Shown here: positions 25,001-36,880 of the stretch, piece after piece
How the letters are laid out: each line of letters opens with the position of its first letter
Numbering within the stretch: position 1 is the stretch's first letter
From: Mobula hypostoma
Lineage: Eukaryota
Reading direction: 5' to 3'
Assembly (NCBI RefSeq): GCF_963921235.1
Contig: NC_086097.1
Span: 61,258,001-61,322,000 of the forward strand
DNA length: 64,000 nt
The notes under the pieces: model-generated
What the model was told of the DNA's origin: nothing
The model's input: the letters and a program-made list of their open reading frames with translations, nothing else
Database searches by the model: none
Position numbers and translations under genes: made by a program

Positions 25001-27350
25001 TTATGTTGCTATAACTTCATCATTATGTTGGGACCAGGATAGATCTTCAGAGATATTGACACAGGGACTTGAAACTGCTTATCTCTCATTGAGGAGTGCT
25101 ATGTGCTCTCTCAGCTTCTCCTTTTGGAGTCCAAAATCATTTCTTTGGTCTTACTAATGTTGAGCGCAAGTTTGTATTGCAACACCACTCAAGCAGCCGA
25201 TCTATCTCACTCCTGTATGCCTCCTCGTCACCATTGGAGATAATGCCAACAACAGTTGTGACATTGGCCAGTTGATAGGTGGTGTTTGAACTATACCTAG
25301 CCACACTGTCATGGACAGTAGGGCAGTAGGCTAAGCGCACATCCCAGACATGTGTCAGTGATTGATTATCAGTGAGGAAATGTTATTTGCGATCCACGCT
25401 GACTGTGGTCTCCCAGTGAGGAAGTCAAGGATCTAGTTGTAGAGTGAGGTACAGAGGCCCAAGTTTTGAAGCTTGTTGATTGGCATTGACGGGATGATAG
25501 TGCTGAATGCTGAGCTGGAATCAATAAACAGCAGCCTGTCATAGGTATTGCTGTTGTCTAGGTGGTTCAAGGGTGAGTAGAAAATTGTACATGCTGCAGA
25601 CCTATTGTGGTGGTAGGCAAATTGCAGCAGATCCATATCCTTGCTTAGACAGGGATGAATTGTGGCCAGGACCAACCTCTCAAAGCATTTCATCACTGTG
25701 CATGAGTACAACTGCTGACAGTAATTGAGGTAGCTCATCCTGCTCCTCTTGGGCACCATTATAGTTGAAGTCCTTTTGAAGCAGGTGGGATCCACCGACT
25801 ACTGCAATGAGAGACCGAAGATGTCCTTGAACACTGTCAGCAATTGGTTGGCAAAGGTTTTCAGTGCCCTACCAGGTTCTCCATTGGGGCCCAATCCTTG
25901 CTAGGGTTCACTCCCTTGAAAAATGCTCTTATTTCGGCCAATGAGACAGATCACACGGTCACCAGCTGCTGCAGGGATACACACATGTCTGTTTGTATAC
26001 TCCATTTAAAAATGTGCACAAAAAGTATTGACCCTATCTGGGAGTGAAACATCACAGCCATTTATGATATTAGGTTTCACATTGTAGGTAGTAATAGCAT
26101 GCAAACTCTGCCAGAACTGATGTGCTTCCGATTCCATCTCTAATTTCAATCGGAATTCATTTTTCGCTCTTAAGTAGCCTTCTATACGTTATACTTGTAC
26201 TTCTTACAGAGTTCTGGATTACTGGTCTTAAATGCAACAGAGCTTGTCTTTAGCAGACTGCAAATCTGCTGGTTTATCCATAGCTTCTAGTTTGGATATG
26301 TCTCATTTTCTCGTAGAGACACATTCATCCACACAGGTCTTTTTGAAGTCAAAGACAACTGTGGCATATTCATTCAGATTTGAAGATGAATCCCTGAATA
26401 TTATTCAGTCTACCAATTCAAAGCAGTCCTGTAAGCACTCCTCTTCCTTCCTTGACCATACCTTCATGGTCCTCACCACAGGTGCTGCAATCCTCAGTCT
26501 CAGTCTATATATAGCCAGGTAATTGGACTTGCCAAAGTGTGGGCATGGGATGACACGGTAAGCACTCTTGCTGGTGGTATAACAGTGGTCTAGTGTGCTA
26601 GCTCCTCTGATATACAGCTGATATGTTGGTGGTGGTTGTTCAGAGACCTCTTCAAGCTGGCCTGTTTAAAATCTCCTGCAATGATTGGGAAAGCATCAGG
26701 TTGCGCTGTTTTGTGACAGCTGATCACAGCGCTCAGCTCCTCCAGTTCCTGCCTAATGTCAGCCTAGATGGAAGATACACCATGACTAGGATGATGGTGG
26801 AAAACTTCCTTGGCAGATAAAATGGATGACACTTGACCGCTGGATGTCCCAAGTCAGGAAGTAGGACTGAGACAGAACCGCCACTTCTGTGCGCCACAAT
26901 AACTTAATCATGAAGCAAACTCCACCCCCTCTGCCTTTATGTGAATCCATTCCTTGGTCCATGTGGTGGAAGGTGAAGCACTTGGGCTGCAGCATGTGTG
27001 TCCAGAGTGCTGGGAGTGAGCTCTGTTTCCGTGAAGCAAAGTACATAGCAGTATCTGATATCCCTCTGGTACTACAACCTTGCCCCTGAGGTCTTCAATT
27101 TTATTTCCAGAGACTGTACATTAGCCAGCAGGGTGATATGGAGTGGGTCCTCAAGTCCCTGTGTTTCTATCTTATTTGCATCCCAGCATACTTTCTGTGC
27201 ATCCTTTTTCTTAAAGGGAAATTGCACTCATAACGCAAATCTGCAGTCCAGAGTCTGCTGACTTTGAGAATCGATAGATTTTTACAATGTTGCTTACTTA
27301 AGTACAAATGGCCATGACTGTGGACTTCAGCTGTAGTAGTCCTAAATGGG
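22005..27350 (-). mobile_element. Rex1/Babar LINE, near-complete EN-RT region, decayed, split by CR1
   Basis: Minus-strand ORFs 26786-27046 (GRGGGVCFMI, EN), 25433-25795 (MKCFERLV, LQFAY, LLFIDSSSAFSTI), 25137-25340 and 22271-22498 (ILENFCKYTAESVLVGCI…KKLQRV). Confidence 0.85.
22553..25010 (+). mobile_element. CR1 LINE (5'-truncated ORF2) nested in Rex1
   Basis: VVVMGDLNFP, AVLDLV, NYRPVSL, QHGF, KFAGDT, RPLLEYCAQFWSP. ATAA is shared at both junctions (22549-22552 and 25011-25014). Confidence 0.9.
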
Positions 27351-28378
27351 CATATTTGATAATTCTCTTTGGAACTGCGGAGAAGAACTTCTGCTTTCCA
27401 GTGGTATCATAGAAGCTCTTACACAAGTGTTATGTTAACACAAATATTAGGACTCTGATATTAAACCTCATGCACATCCATATAGTTTCTATTCCATAAT
27501 TCTTTATGTCTCTGCTGTTAATTCTGTGTCTCTCCGCGCCCCCCACTCCCCCACCAACTTCTTGACTTTTTTGATTCTAAGGAGATTTGCCTTACAAAGT
27601 GTCCATTTGGCTTTACCCTTCTGGTTCTTCTGTTATTGGTCAAGTAAATGGTCTAATGATCAACTCTGTGAATTTTGTTATTAACAAGCTGGTTATGGGT
27701 GCATGATACAGGCCACAACCAACTATTGAAACCACATCAAAAAGAAGAATCTAAACAATCATTACAACAACTGGAAATGTGTCGCTAGGTAACAAACATA
27801 AGCCACCAAGTTTTGCAAGAAAAAAATAGCTGATACCCAGTAAGAGAGCAATAAAATTGTGCAGAAGTCTTTTAATAGGTTACAGTTTATTTTGCGCAAG
27901 TGCTGGCTCACCATGCAGGGATTATAAGCAGATGTTACACAACATTGACCATTTGTCATTACCTCCTGGTTTTTGGTGCCAAAGCAATTTTCAATCCAGC
28001 TGTCCAATTATATTTAATTTGAATCCCTGTTATTACCTTTAATTTGTCTTCATGTTAAACTGTGACTGCTATCAATAGAGCAGAACAACTGGAATTCTTT
28101 AAGTCTCTAAGAATCACAATGTGTGCGTTACATAAATGTCAGCTGTGATTTTATCATAACTTATAAGACCATATTTTGAAAAACAGCAATGTATACTATC
28201 ACTGAACAAAAACAAAACAGAACTATAAAGTCTGGCAGCACTCTTATACTTATGCAATTTAGATGATAACAGGAAAAGACCACAAGGCATAGGAGTAGAA
28301 TTAGACCAATGAGCCTATTGAGTTCACTCCAGCATTCCAACGTGTATTTAATAATTCAGGAATATTTGTGAAATGTAT

Positions 28379-31300
28379 GGAGCAACGACTTCCCTTAACG
28401 CTACATATGGACTGATAACTTACCTATGCACATTGATCTAGACATGCATATTGATTCCCTCCCCCTCTCTCCCCAATGTGAATACACCAGATAATGCCAT
28501 CTCCCACATGTGTGCTTTTATTTAAAAGATATGTAGTTGCACAGACACAACAAATTGGTGATGAGTTCAAGCCTGGATGTTAGAGAATATCACCAACTGC
28601 ACTAACAGTTATGGGATGATTACAGGACAGTAAGAGGAAAAAGTTAAACAGTAAGGACAAAGTCATCACAGACGCTAACAAATGGACGCACGAGTAACTG
28701 CAGAATACATAGTAAAAGATACAACTAGCAAAGTTAAGGTGAAAATAATGTGATAATGGTCTTAATCAGGAAAGATGATGAATTTGATAGTGCTTATGAG
28801 GACTGGGAATTGTATATTGAGAGGGTTGAACTCTATTGTAAGGCAAACGACATTGACAAGGAAAAGAAGGTATCCACACTTCCTGGCTTAATGGATATTA
28901 AAATGTACAGCCCTTACATAACTTAGTAACTCTTGAAAAGCCAGCAAGCAAGACATTCAACAAAATTGTTACAATTTTACAAAACCAGTTGAGTCTTAAG
29001 CCACCGGTAATAGCTGAGAGATTTAGATTTCACAAAAGGAAATAGTCAAAGGACAAAAGCATTTCTGAATACATTGAACAACTGTGCAAACTTTCCCAAT
29101 ACTGACTTTAGAGATGGACCTTCTGATGTGTTAGGGATAGGCATGCATGTAGCATACAGAGTCAAAGCACTCAAAAGAGTTTACTGTCAGAAAGAGACCT
29201 AAACTCAGAATGGGCATTGACCATTGCAATATTGTTAAGCATGCATCAGAACTACAGAATAAAAGATTTGAGTGTGAAATTGACAAGATGTCCCTGAATA
29301 GTGCATAAATCCAAGAATACTGTCGAAGTGGCAAATCCTGCCATGATGAAAATGACTGTTTGTTCAAAGAAAAAGATTGCAGGAAGTGCTACAGACAAGG
29401 TCACACAGTGAGCGTGCAAGACAGATAAAAAGCACAACCAGAGAAAATGACACCAAATGAAAAGTTTCAAACACAAAAATAAATAAGTGCATAAAGTTAC
29501 CAAATGTGAAACAGAATCAGACATCAGAGCCTGACAAAGGTGAACTGTCATGCCTAGAACTGCATAGTATTACTGAAGCAGATTACAAAATCATATGGAT
29601 CACAATAGATGTTTCTGCTGTAAAACTGAAAATGGAGCTGGATACAGTGCCAGCTTTGTCTATAATTTCAGAGGCTGACTGCAACAGACTGTTTACTAAG
29701 CTACCATCAGAGAAGATCTCAGTGATGCTGAAGACTTACACAGGTGAAAAAGTGTCTCCCAAAGGCAAACTGAAAGTGAATGTGATGTATAGAGCCAATA
29801 CAGCAGTTGGGCTTTATGTGTTGAAAAGTGGAGGGCTGAGAAATTTCCAATCAGACTGGCACACAATCAAAGCTCTCAATGTGTCATCAACAGACAACTG
29901 CAGCCCAAGTGGGAGCATTAATCAGAGTCTGTCACAGTTGCGTAAAGCTAATGAGAAGATGTTTGAGAAGGGTATTGGTAAATCATGACGACCAGAATTG
30001 AACTGGATGAAGCAACGACACCAAAATTCAATAAAGAGCATCCATTGCCTTATTCACTATGTCCTAAAGTGGATGTTGAACTTCAGAGCTTGGAGATGTC
30101 TGGAATTCTCTCCAAAGTTGAATGAGGCAATTTTGCCTTGGCCATTGTCCTGGTGATCAGGAAGGAAAAGGCCAGAGCCATTTGCTATTGAGGTTTTCAA
30201 GGTGACCATCAACGATGTGCTACAGACTGTGCAGTATCCCCTGTCATGAATACAAAGATGAATAAAAAATCCATCTTTGGCAAGTAGGAAGAGGTTTTCA
30301 AAGATTGACTTGTTACAAGACTATCTGCAAATGGAGATTGAGGAATCAAGCAGGAAATTCCTCACAAGGGACTGTTCCAGTATAATCATCTCATCTTTGG
30401 CACCACATCAGCTCCAGCATTTTGGCAAAGACCAATGGAACATGCGTTACAAGATATTCCAGGAACACAATGTTACCTTGATGACATCATCGTGATTGGC
30501 AAGAATGAAGAGTACCTCCAGAATATTGGTAAAGGGCTTACCAGGCTGAGTGAGTGTGGTCTGCAGGCAAAGAGAGAGAAATGTAAGACTTTTTTAGGAT
30601 GATTTATCTTATTGTGGACATCTCATTGATAAGCATGGCTTACACAAGTCACAAAAGAAGATTGAAGAAGTGCTACAAGCACCTAAAACATGAAAATGTG
30701 TCACAACTCAGGTCATATTTGGACCTTGTAAAGTACTACCACCAGTCTTTCCCCAACATTGCTGCAGTGCTGGATCCATTGAATGCACTATTACATACAG
30801 GAGCAAATGGGAATGGTCAGAAAGGTGTGAAAGAGCATTCGAGGAAACAAAAGAAACCAGATCTACTAAGGGAAGTGCAAAATAAACAGTTCAGCCAACT
30901 GCCAAGTGAATTAGCAAGGTGCTTCGAGATTGGACAGGAAGTCCTGGGCATGATTACCGAGAAGACCCAGTAGGATAGCTGCAAGAACTGGAGTACTGGT
31001 GTGCACAGTAGATATAGGAGATCATACATGGAGACGTCTTGTGGACCAGATACTGGATGCTCAACTGAAGAACATACCTGAGTCGACTGCATCCAACAAG
31101 ACAGACACATTATAGTCACCAGATTTACCTCTCAGTGATGATCATGACACTGACAATGTGATACCGGCAGCTGAGAACATTGTCTTTGAGAGGCATCTTC
31201 CAAACCTGATGCCATAGAAACATAGAAAATAGGTGCAGGAGTACGCCATTCGGCCCTTCGAGCCTGCACCGCCATTTATTATGATCATGGCTGATCATCC

Positions 31301-31733
31301 AACTCAGAACCCTGCACCAGCCTTCCCTCCATACTCCCTGATCCCCGTAGCCACAAGGGCCATTCCAGAGGTCTAGAGGTGCTGTCCTGATAGAAACAGA
31401 ACATCACCCAAAAGACTGAATCTTTAGTTTAATTAAGATAACCATAGACCATTATTGTGAAAGTATGTTATTTGAGTATGTTTGTGAAAAAGAAATTGAA
31501 TGTTTTGTACATATACAGTTTTATGTTACATTAATCTAAAGGGGGAGGAAGTGTAATATATTGATCTACTTATTTTAGAGCAATGACTCCCCTTAGCACT
31601 ATGACTGGACTGCTAACTTACCTATGTGCATTAATCTGCCTCCCCGCTCTCTCACTGCAAAGTGAATACACCAGTTAAATCCATCTCCCCGTGCATGTTT
31701 TTATTTAATTGATATATAGCTGTACAGATACAA
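28379..31733 (+). mobile_element. Old Gypsy (Mag-like) LTR retrotransposon with an internal RH/IN deletion
   Basis: Diverged LTRs at ~28379-28552 and 31552-~31733, PBS-like TGGTGATGAG at 28556, PPT AAAGGGGGAGGAAG at 31538-31551, gag EDWELYIERV, protease MELDTVPALSII, RT FSKIDL…YLQM and YLDDII near 30474. Confidence 0.85.
31214..31362 (-). mobile_element. CR1 3' end (same family as 6198-14153) inserted in the Gypsy relic
   Basis: Close reverse complement of ~14000-14147. Confidence 0.85.
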
Positions 31734-33088
31734 TTTGAGTAATCTTGTAAATATACTGCTAATTGATCATTCTTTGCTTGTTTAAAGAATTCAGTATAGG
31801 TTTTATGTAAATGTATGAATTACACACATAATGTAATACCACGTGATACATACTCACTGTGCTTAAAGTAAAAAGGACTTATCTCCTAACTCTTGTTTTC
31901 TGTTTAATGTTCTATAGTTACAAAACATATCAGTGGCAATGAGGTATTTTTAAAACAAACCCAAGATGGCTACCAAACTGTTGAAGTGCAGTGAGATGTT
32001 TAATTTTTTTTTAATGCAGCACAACACATGTTCTTCAGAAGGGAAGACATGATTGAGTTTTTTTAAAATAGGCAGAAAATGGAAGAATGCGTGGGAACAT
32101 AAATGCTGAGTACCAGATAATGATAATCTTATTTTTTGTTAAAAAGAGCAGAAATAGCAAGTTAAATTAGAAAGACAGATGTAATCAATTGCTCAACAGG
32201 CAACTAGCTCAAGTATACTCAGCTAATTGAATGGTATCTTGAAGCAAATGAAAATCAATGAGAAACAAGTACACATTTTGCTGAGTGCATTGAATTTAAA
32301 GGCACACAGTTTGCTTCAAAGTTTGACTACTCCAAGCAAGCCAGTAGAAATTAGCTTTGCATTATTTTCATGGTATCAGCAAAAATATTTGGAAGCAAAA
32401 TCATTGTTGATTGTAGAATGCTTTAGATTTCATTACTGGAGTGAAAAAGAAGGGGAGTCCATATCAAAGAAAGTGTTTGAACTGAAGAGTTTGAGCATTA
32501 TCAGTTCAGTAATGAGCTTAGTGCACTGAATGATTATTTAGTTTGTGGAATCTCACACAAAAGTATTCAAAAACAGCTCCTAACTGAAGCACAATTTACA
32601 TTTAAAAGAGCAGTTAAAATAGCTGTATCAAAGGAAACAGTACACGGAGATGCATTGAATAGCAGTCAGGAATGAGAGTGAACGTGAACACAATTACAAT
32701 GTCTAAACAGAAACTGGCCAGTCCGAACAAATTGTGTCACTGTTGTGGCCGGGGCTCACATTCCAGACCAATGCAGTTTAGAGGCAAAACTTGCAGAGTA
32801 TGCATCCAGATAGGACACATACAAAGAGCATGTCAACAGGTAAAAAATAATGATCTGGACAGGGAAGAGAGAAAGATGAAAAGTCAAGTTGCAGTTTCAT
32901 AAAAATCACTAACCTGCATGCCTTTGATGAAAAACTTGACAATGATGAGAGTGACACAGGACTGAATAGCCTTGAGATTCACAATGGAAAACTAATAACA
33001 AACAAGTAATATGGCACCTGAAGTGAATGACAAATAAATTAAAATGGAATTGGGCACTCTCTCAGCTGTTTAAGCCATTCCACAAAAT

Positions 33089-33720
33089 TGTCACAATGGG
33101 GCGTTGGGAACAGACCAAATGCAAGTCACAGACACTGAAGTACAAGGAACAGGACTTGACTAGAGTAGGGACGTGACAGGATTCCGACCAGGAGCAGGAA
33201 CAGGAATGCAGACTTCGGCTAGGGAAAGCAGGACCAAGATTAGAAACCATGGACTAGGAGACAAGGCTTTGACTCCGAGCCCGAGACTGGACAAGGGCCC
33301 AGAACCTGGGTCTTGCCTTGGGCTCAGACCCCAGAACCAGGCAAGGACATGACATGGCTTCAGGACAGGATGCAGCTGGGGTCTAGAGGCTTGCGGTCTT
33401 GGAGCTTGGCTGCGGGATCCTCGAGGCTTGGGTTCTTGGAGCTTGGCTGCGGAATCCTCGAGGCTTGTGTTCTTGGAGCTTGGCTGCGGAATCCTCGAGG
33501 CTTGTGTTCTTGAAGCTTGGCTGCGGGATCCTTGAGGCTTGGGTTCTTGGAGCTTGGCTGCGGGATCCTCGAGGCTTGGGTTCTTGGAACTTGGCTGCGG
33601 GATCTTCGTCTTTAAATGCAGAGGCTAATTTGGAGGCTGGGGCTGAGACCCCGACTGGGATCTGAACATCAACATAGAGCCAGGACTTGTCCTTCGAAAA
33701 GCCAGGACTCATCGTTAACA
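33089..33720 (-). mobile_element. LTR-like fragment of another element inserted in the protease region
   Basis: The minus strand ends in …gcatttggtctgttcccaacgccccattgTGACA, an LTR-like terminus. GC-rich and contains a minisatellite. Confidence 0.5.
33386..33608. repeat. 37-bp minisatellite, about 6 copies
   Basis: Unit cttggagcttggctgcgggatcctcgaggcttgggtt starts at 33398, 33435, 33472, 33509, 33546 and 33583. Confidence 0.95.
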
Positions 33721-33730
33721 CAACACCAAC

Positions 33731-33866
33731 TCCATCCCTCCCCTTCCTGTCTTCTCCCATCATTTTGGTTCTCCTTCTCCCTCTCCCACTTTCAAATCTC
33801 TTACTATCTCTTCATATAGATGCTGCCTGGCCTGCTGCGTTCACCAGCATTTTTGTGTGTGTTGCT
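33731..33866 (+). mobile_element. Penelope-like tail fragment lacking the hammerhead segment
   Basis: Matches 4503-4580 joined directly to ~4640-4693. Confidence 0.8.
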
Positions 33867-35179
33867 TAAAGCCTGCAGATATCCAACTAAGAATTTATAC
33901 TGGGAAAAAAAGGTAACTCCTGCGGGAATGACATTTGTACAGTGAAATACAACAACCAACAAGCCATATTGGGTTTGAATGTGATAAAAACAGGAAGACG
34001 AGTTTGTGAAGATGTTATTGGCTGAGACAACTACAACTTGATTGGAGATCCATCCACTATTCGCATGCCACATCCCCAGCAATAGAGTCAACCAAAAGTA
34101 AATTAAGAAGGGTACTGGATGATGCCACAGCAATGTTGAAGGATGTCAGTGGAAGTCTCAAACAATCAAGGGTAAAATAGCATGAAATAAAAATGCTACA
34201 TCCATGTTCTGCAAAGCCCGTCTGTTTCCTTATACCAACTGTAGCAATAATAATAATACTAAGTACTTTATTGATCCCAAGTGGAAAATTATTTTGTTAC
34301 AGCAGCAACATTTAAAAATACACTTAGAAATAATAATAATAATATACAGAATAATAATATATACGATAATAATTTACCAATGTGCAATAGAGCAGCGAGA
34401 TTGCATGGAGGCTGATGGAATTCTGTTTAAGGTTCAGTGGAACCCATGGGTAATATCAGTGGTCTCATAGCCACGAAGGATGGGTCTGTCAAGACCTGTG
34501 GTGATTTTAAGGTTACCATCAAACCAGTACTGAAAGTAGATCAATATCTCTGCACAGGATAGAAGATGCCTCTGCAAAACCTTTTGGAGAAAAACACTTC
34601 AGCAAGGTAGACTTACCTGAGGCCTACTTACAGATGGAAATGAAGGAAGAGTCCAACATGTTTCTCACTGTAAACACACACAAAGGACATTATTGCTATA
34701 ATAGACATATTTTTGGATTAGCATCTGCACCTGCACTTTGGATGAAAGGTATTGACCAGGTGTGGAAGGCTGTTCAGGGACTCAGTGTCACTGGTAAGGG
34801 TGACAAGGATAATCTTAAAAACCATAAGATAGTGTTAAAAGATTAGAAGATTATGGGCTCAGCACAAAATGCAACAAGTGTGAATTCTTTAAACTATGCT
34901 TCAGTTACAGTGGTCACATTATTGACGCACAATCGTCACACTACTGATGCACAAGGATTACACAGTGTGCAGAGAAAATTCAAGCAGTAGTGGATGTGCC
35001 ACAGTTGCAGTCCTTTATAGGATTTTTCAAGTATTATAACAGGCCTCTGCCAATCCTGGCTACTATGCTCGACCCCTTAAGCTCATCATTGCAGATTGGG
35101 AAGAAATGGCAATGAGCAAAGCAGTGTGAGGTGGCTTTCAAAAATTTAAAGGAAATGGTGATGTTACATGTTATGCTGA

Positions 35180-36880
35180 CTGTCCCTAATTAGATCATGG
35201 TTGTCTCATTGCTGATAAACCTTATCCCTAAGAATCTTCTTCAGTAACTTATTACCACTGATCTGAGACTCAACCGTCTATGGTTTCCAGGATTATCCCC
35301 ATTTACTTCCTTGGAAAATGGAACAGTGTTAGCTACATGTAAGTTCTCTGGAACTCTAATGAATAGTGCAACTCCCCCCAGCTCTTTTATCTCCTTCTCT
35401 ATCTTTTCTAAGGCACTGAAACCATGGAACATTAAACACCCATTCCTGTCCCTTCTCAACCAGGTCTGTGTTATGGCCTCAGCTGCAATCCATGACCCAG
35501 CCCATTGTCCTTACCCACAATACTCCCAGCATTAAAAGACACACACTTCAACCTGTCCATCTCATTGTGTCTACTGGTCATGACACCTACCTTCATCTCT
35601 GTCCCTCCATTTTTTGACCTAGTGCTCTGGTTTCCATCCATCTGCCAAACTAGTTTAAACCCTCCATAATAGAACTAGCAAATCCCTTGGTCAGGTATTG
35701 GTCCCCTCTGTTTAAAGGGCAACCTCTTCCTCTTGTAATGGTCATCCCTGCTTCAAAACAGGTTCAAGTGATCGAAGAACCCCAAACACTTGTCCCTAAA
35801 CCAGATCTTCAGCCATATATAATCTGACCTACCTTGTTATCTTGTTATTCCTGTTATTCCAGCATTGGGCACCAGCAGTAATCCAGAAGTGACTCCCTTA
35901 AAGTCCTGCTCTTCAGTCTCTTTCCCAACTCCCTCTACCCACGGTGCAGGTTCTCCTCCCCCATTTTATGTATGTCATTGGTGCCCATTGCAACAAAACC
36001 TCTGACTGCTTATCCACCACCTTGAGAATATTCTGCAGTCACTTCGAGACATGCTTGACCCTGGCATCGAGGCAGAACACACAAAGAGCTTGGAACACTT
36101 TCATAGCTGCAGAAACTGTCTGTCTCCTAAACTATTTAGTCTCTTATCATTGTTGTTCTGCTTGACTTTACCTTTCTGTGCAGAGCCTCAGAGCCTGCTA
36201 CTGATACCTGTTACAACTGTGTCCTAAACACAGTTAGCTTTATTTGTCATGTGTACATTGAAACCTACAGTGAAATGCATTGTATTTCATCAAATCAAAT
36301 CAGTGAGAATTGTTTGGGCTGCCTGCAAGTGTCGGCACACTTCGGCACCAACATAGCATCCCTACAACTTACTGTACATATTTAGATCATGGCAGAAAAC
36401 CAGAACATCCAAAGGAAAGTCACTCAGTCACAGAGAGAACACACAAACTCATTACAGAGAGAGGAGAGAATTGAAGCCCAATCTTACAGCTGATGCTTTG
36501 AGGTGTTGCAATAACTATTACGCTACTGTGGATGATAGGTCACCTCACCTTCAGCAGTATCCAAAGGGGTATACATTTAACTGAGGGAGCTGCCACAGGG
36601 AACATGGCACAGATTCCTTACTCCACTTACTTTTTCCAGTGGCCATCCACCTACCTGAAGCCTGTACTTTGGGGGTGACCACCCAAAGTCTCAGCTATAA
36701 GGTGTTCAGCCTCCCAGGTGGTCATGAGTACATCCCACACCAGCTCCAGCTCCAATGACTTGACCCAGTCAGTTCAGCACTGCATCAGATTGCACTTCCC
36801 ACAGACGAGTCTTCATCAGCAAAACTCTGAGATTCACTGACTTTCCACATTTCCCTGCCCTGCATTTCACTACCATCCTG
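35180..36880 (-). mobile_element. Decayed CR1 fragments (RT, ORF1 esterase and zinc-finger region)
   Basis: Similar to 41800-42900 and 52600-53600; ORF 35241-35459(-) has GVALFI and NPGNHRRLSLRSV. Confidence 0.65.
36240..36530 (-). mobile_element. tRNA-derived SINE (V-SINE-like head) nested in CR1
   Basis: Reverse-complement similarity to 58130-58220 (ctgtaaggagtttgt…ctc…gtgac). Confidence 0.55.

Larger units (their letters stand above)
31734..35180 (+). mobile_element. Second old Mag-like Gypsy relic (LTR, gag, PR, RT; 3' part lost)
   Basis: LTR end …acaaaaca at 31927, PBS-like TGGCAATGAGG at 31934, gag LLIVECFRFH, Cys/His knuckles CHCCGRGSH and CRVCIQIGHIQRAC, RT CGDFKVTIKP, FSKVDL, LTVNTHKG, FGLASAPALW. 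Confidence 0.8.

Noticed and set aside
33386..33608. CRISPR-like array (37-bp repeats)
   Set aside because: The units are contiguous with no unique spacers, there are no cas genes, and the context is eukaryotic. It is a minisatellite.
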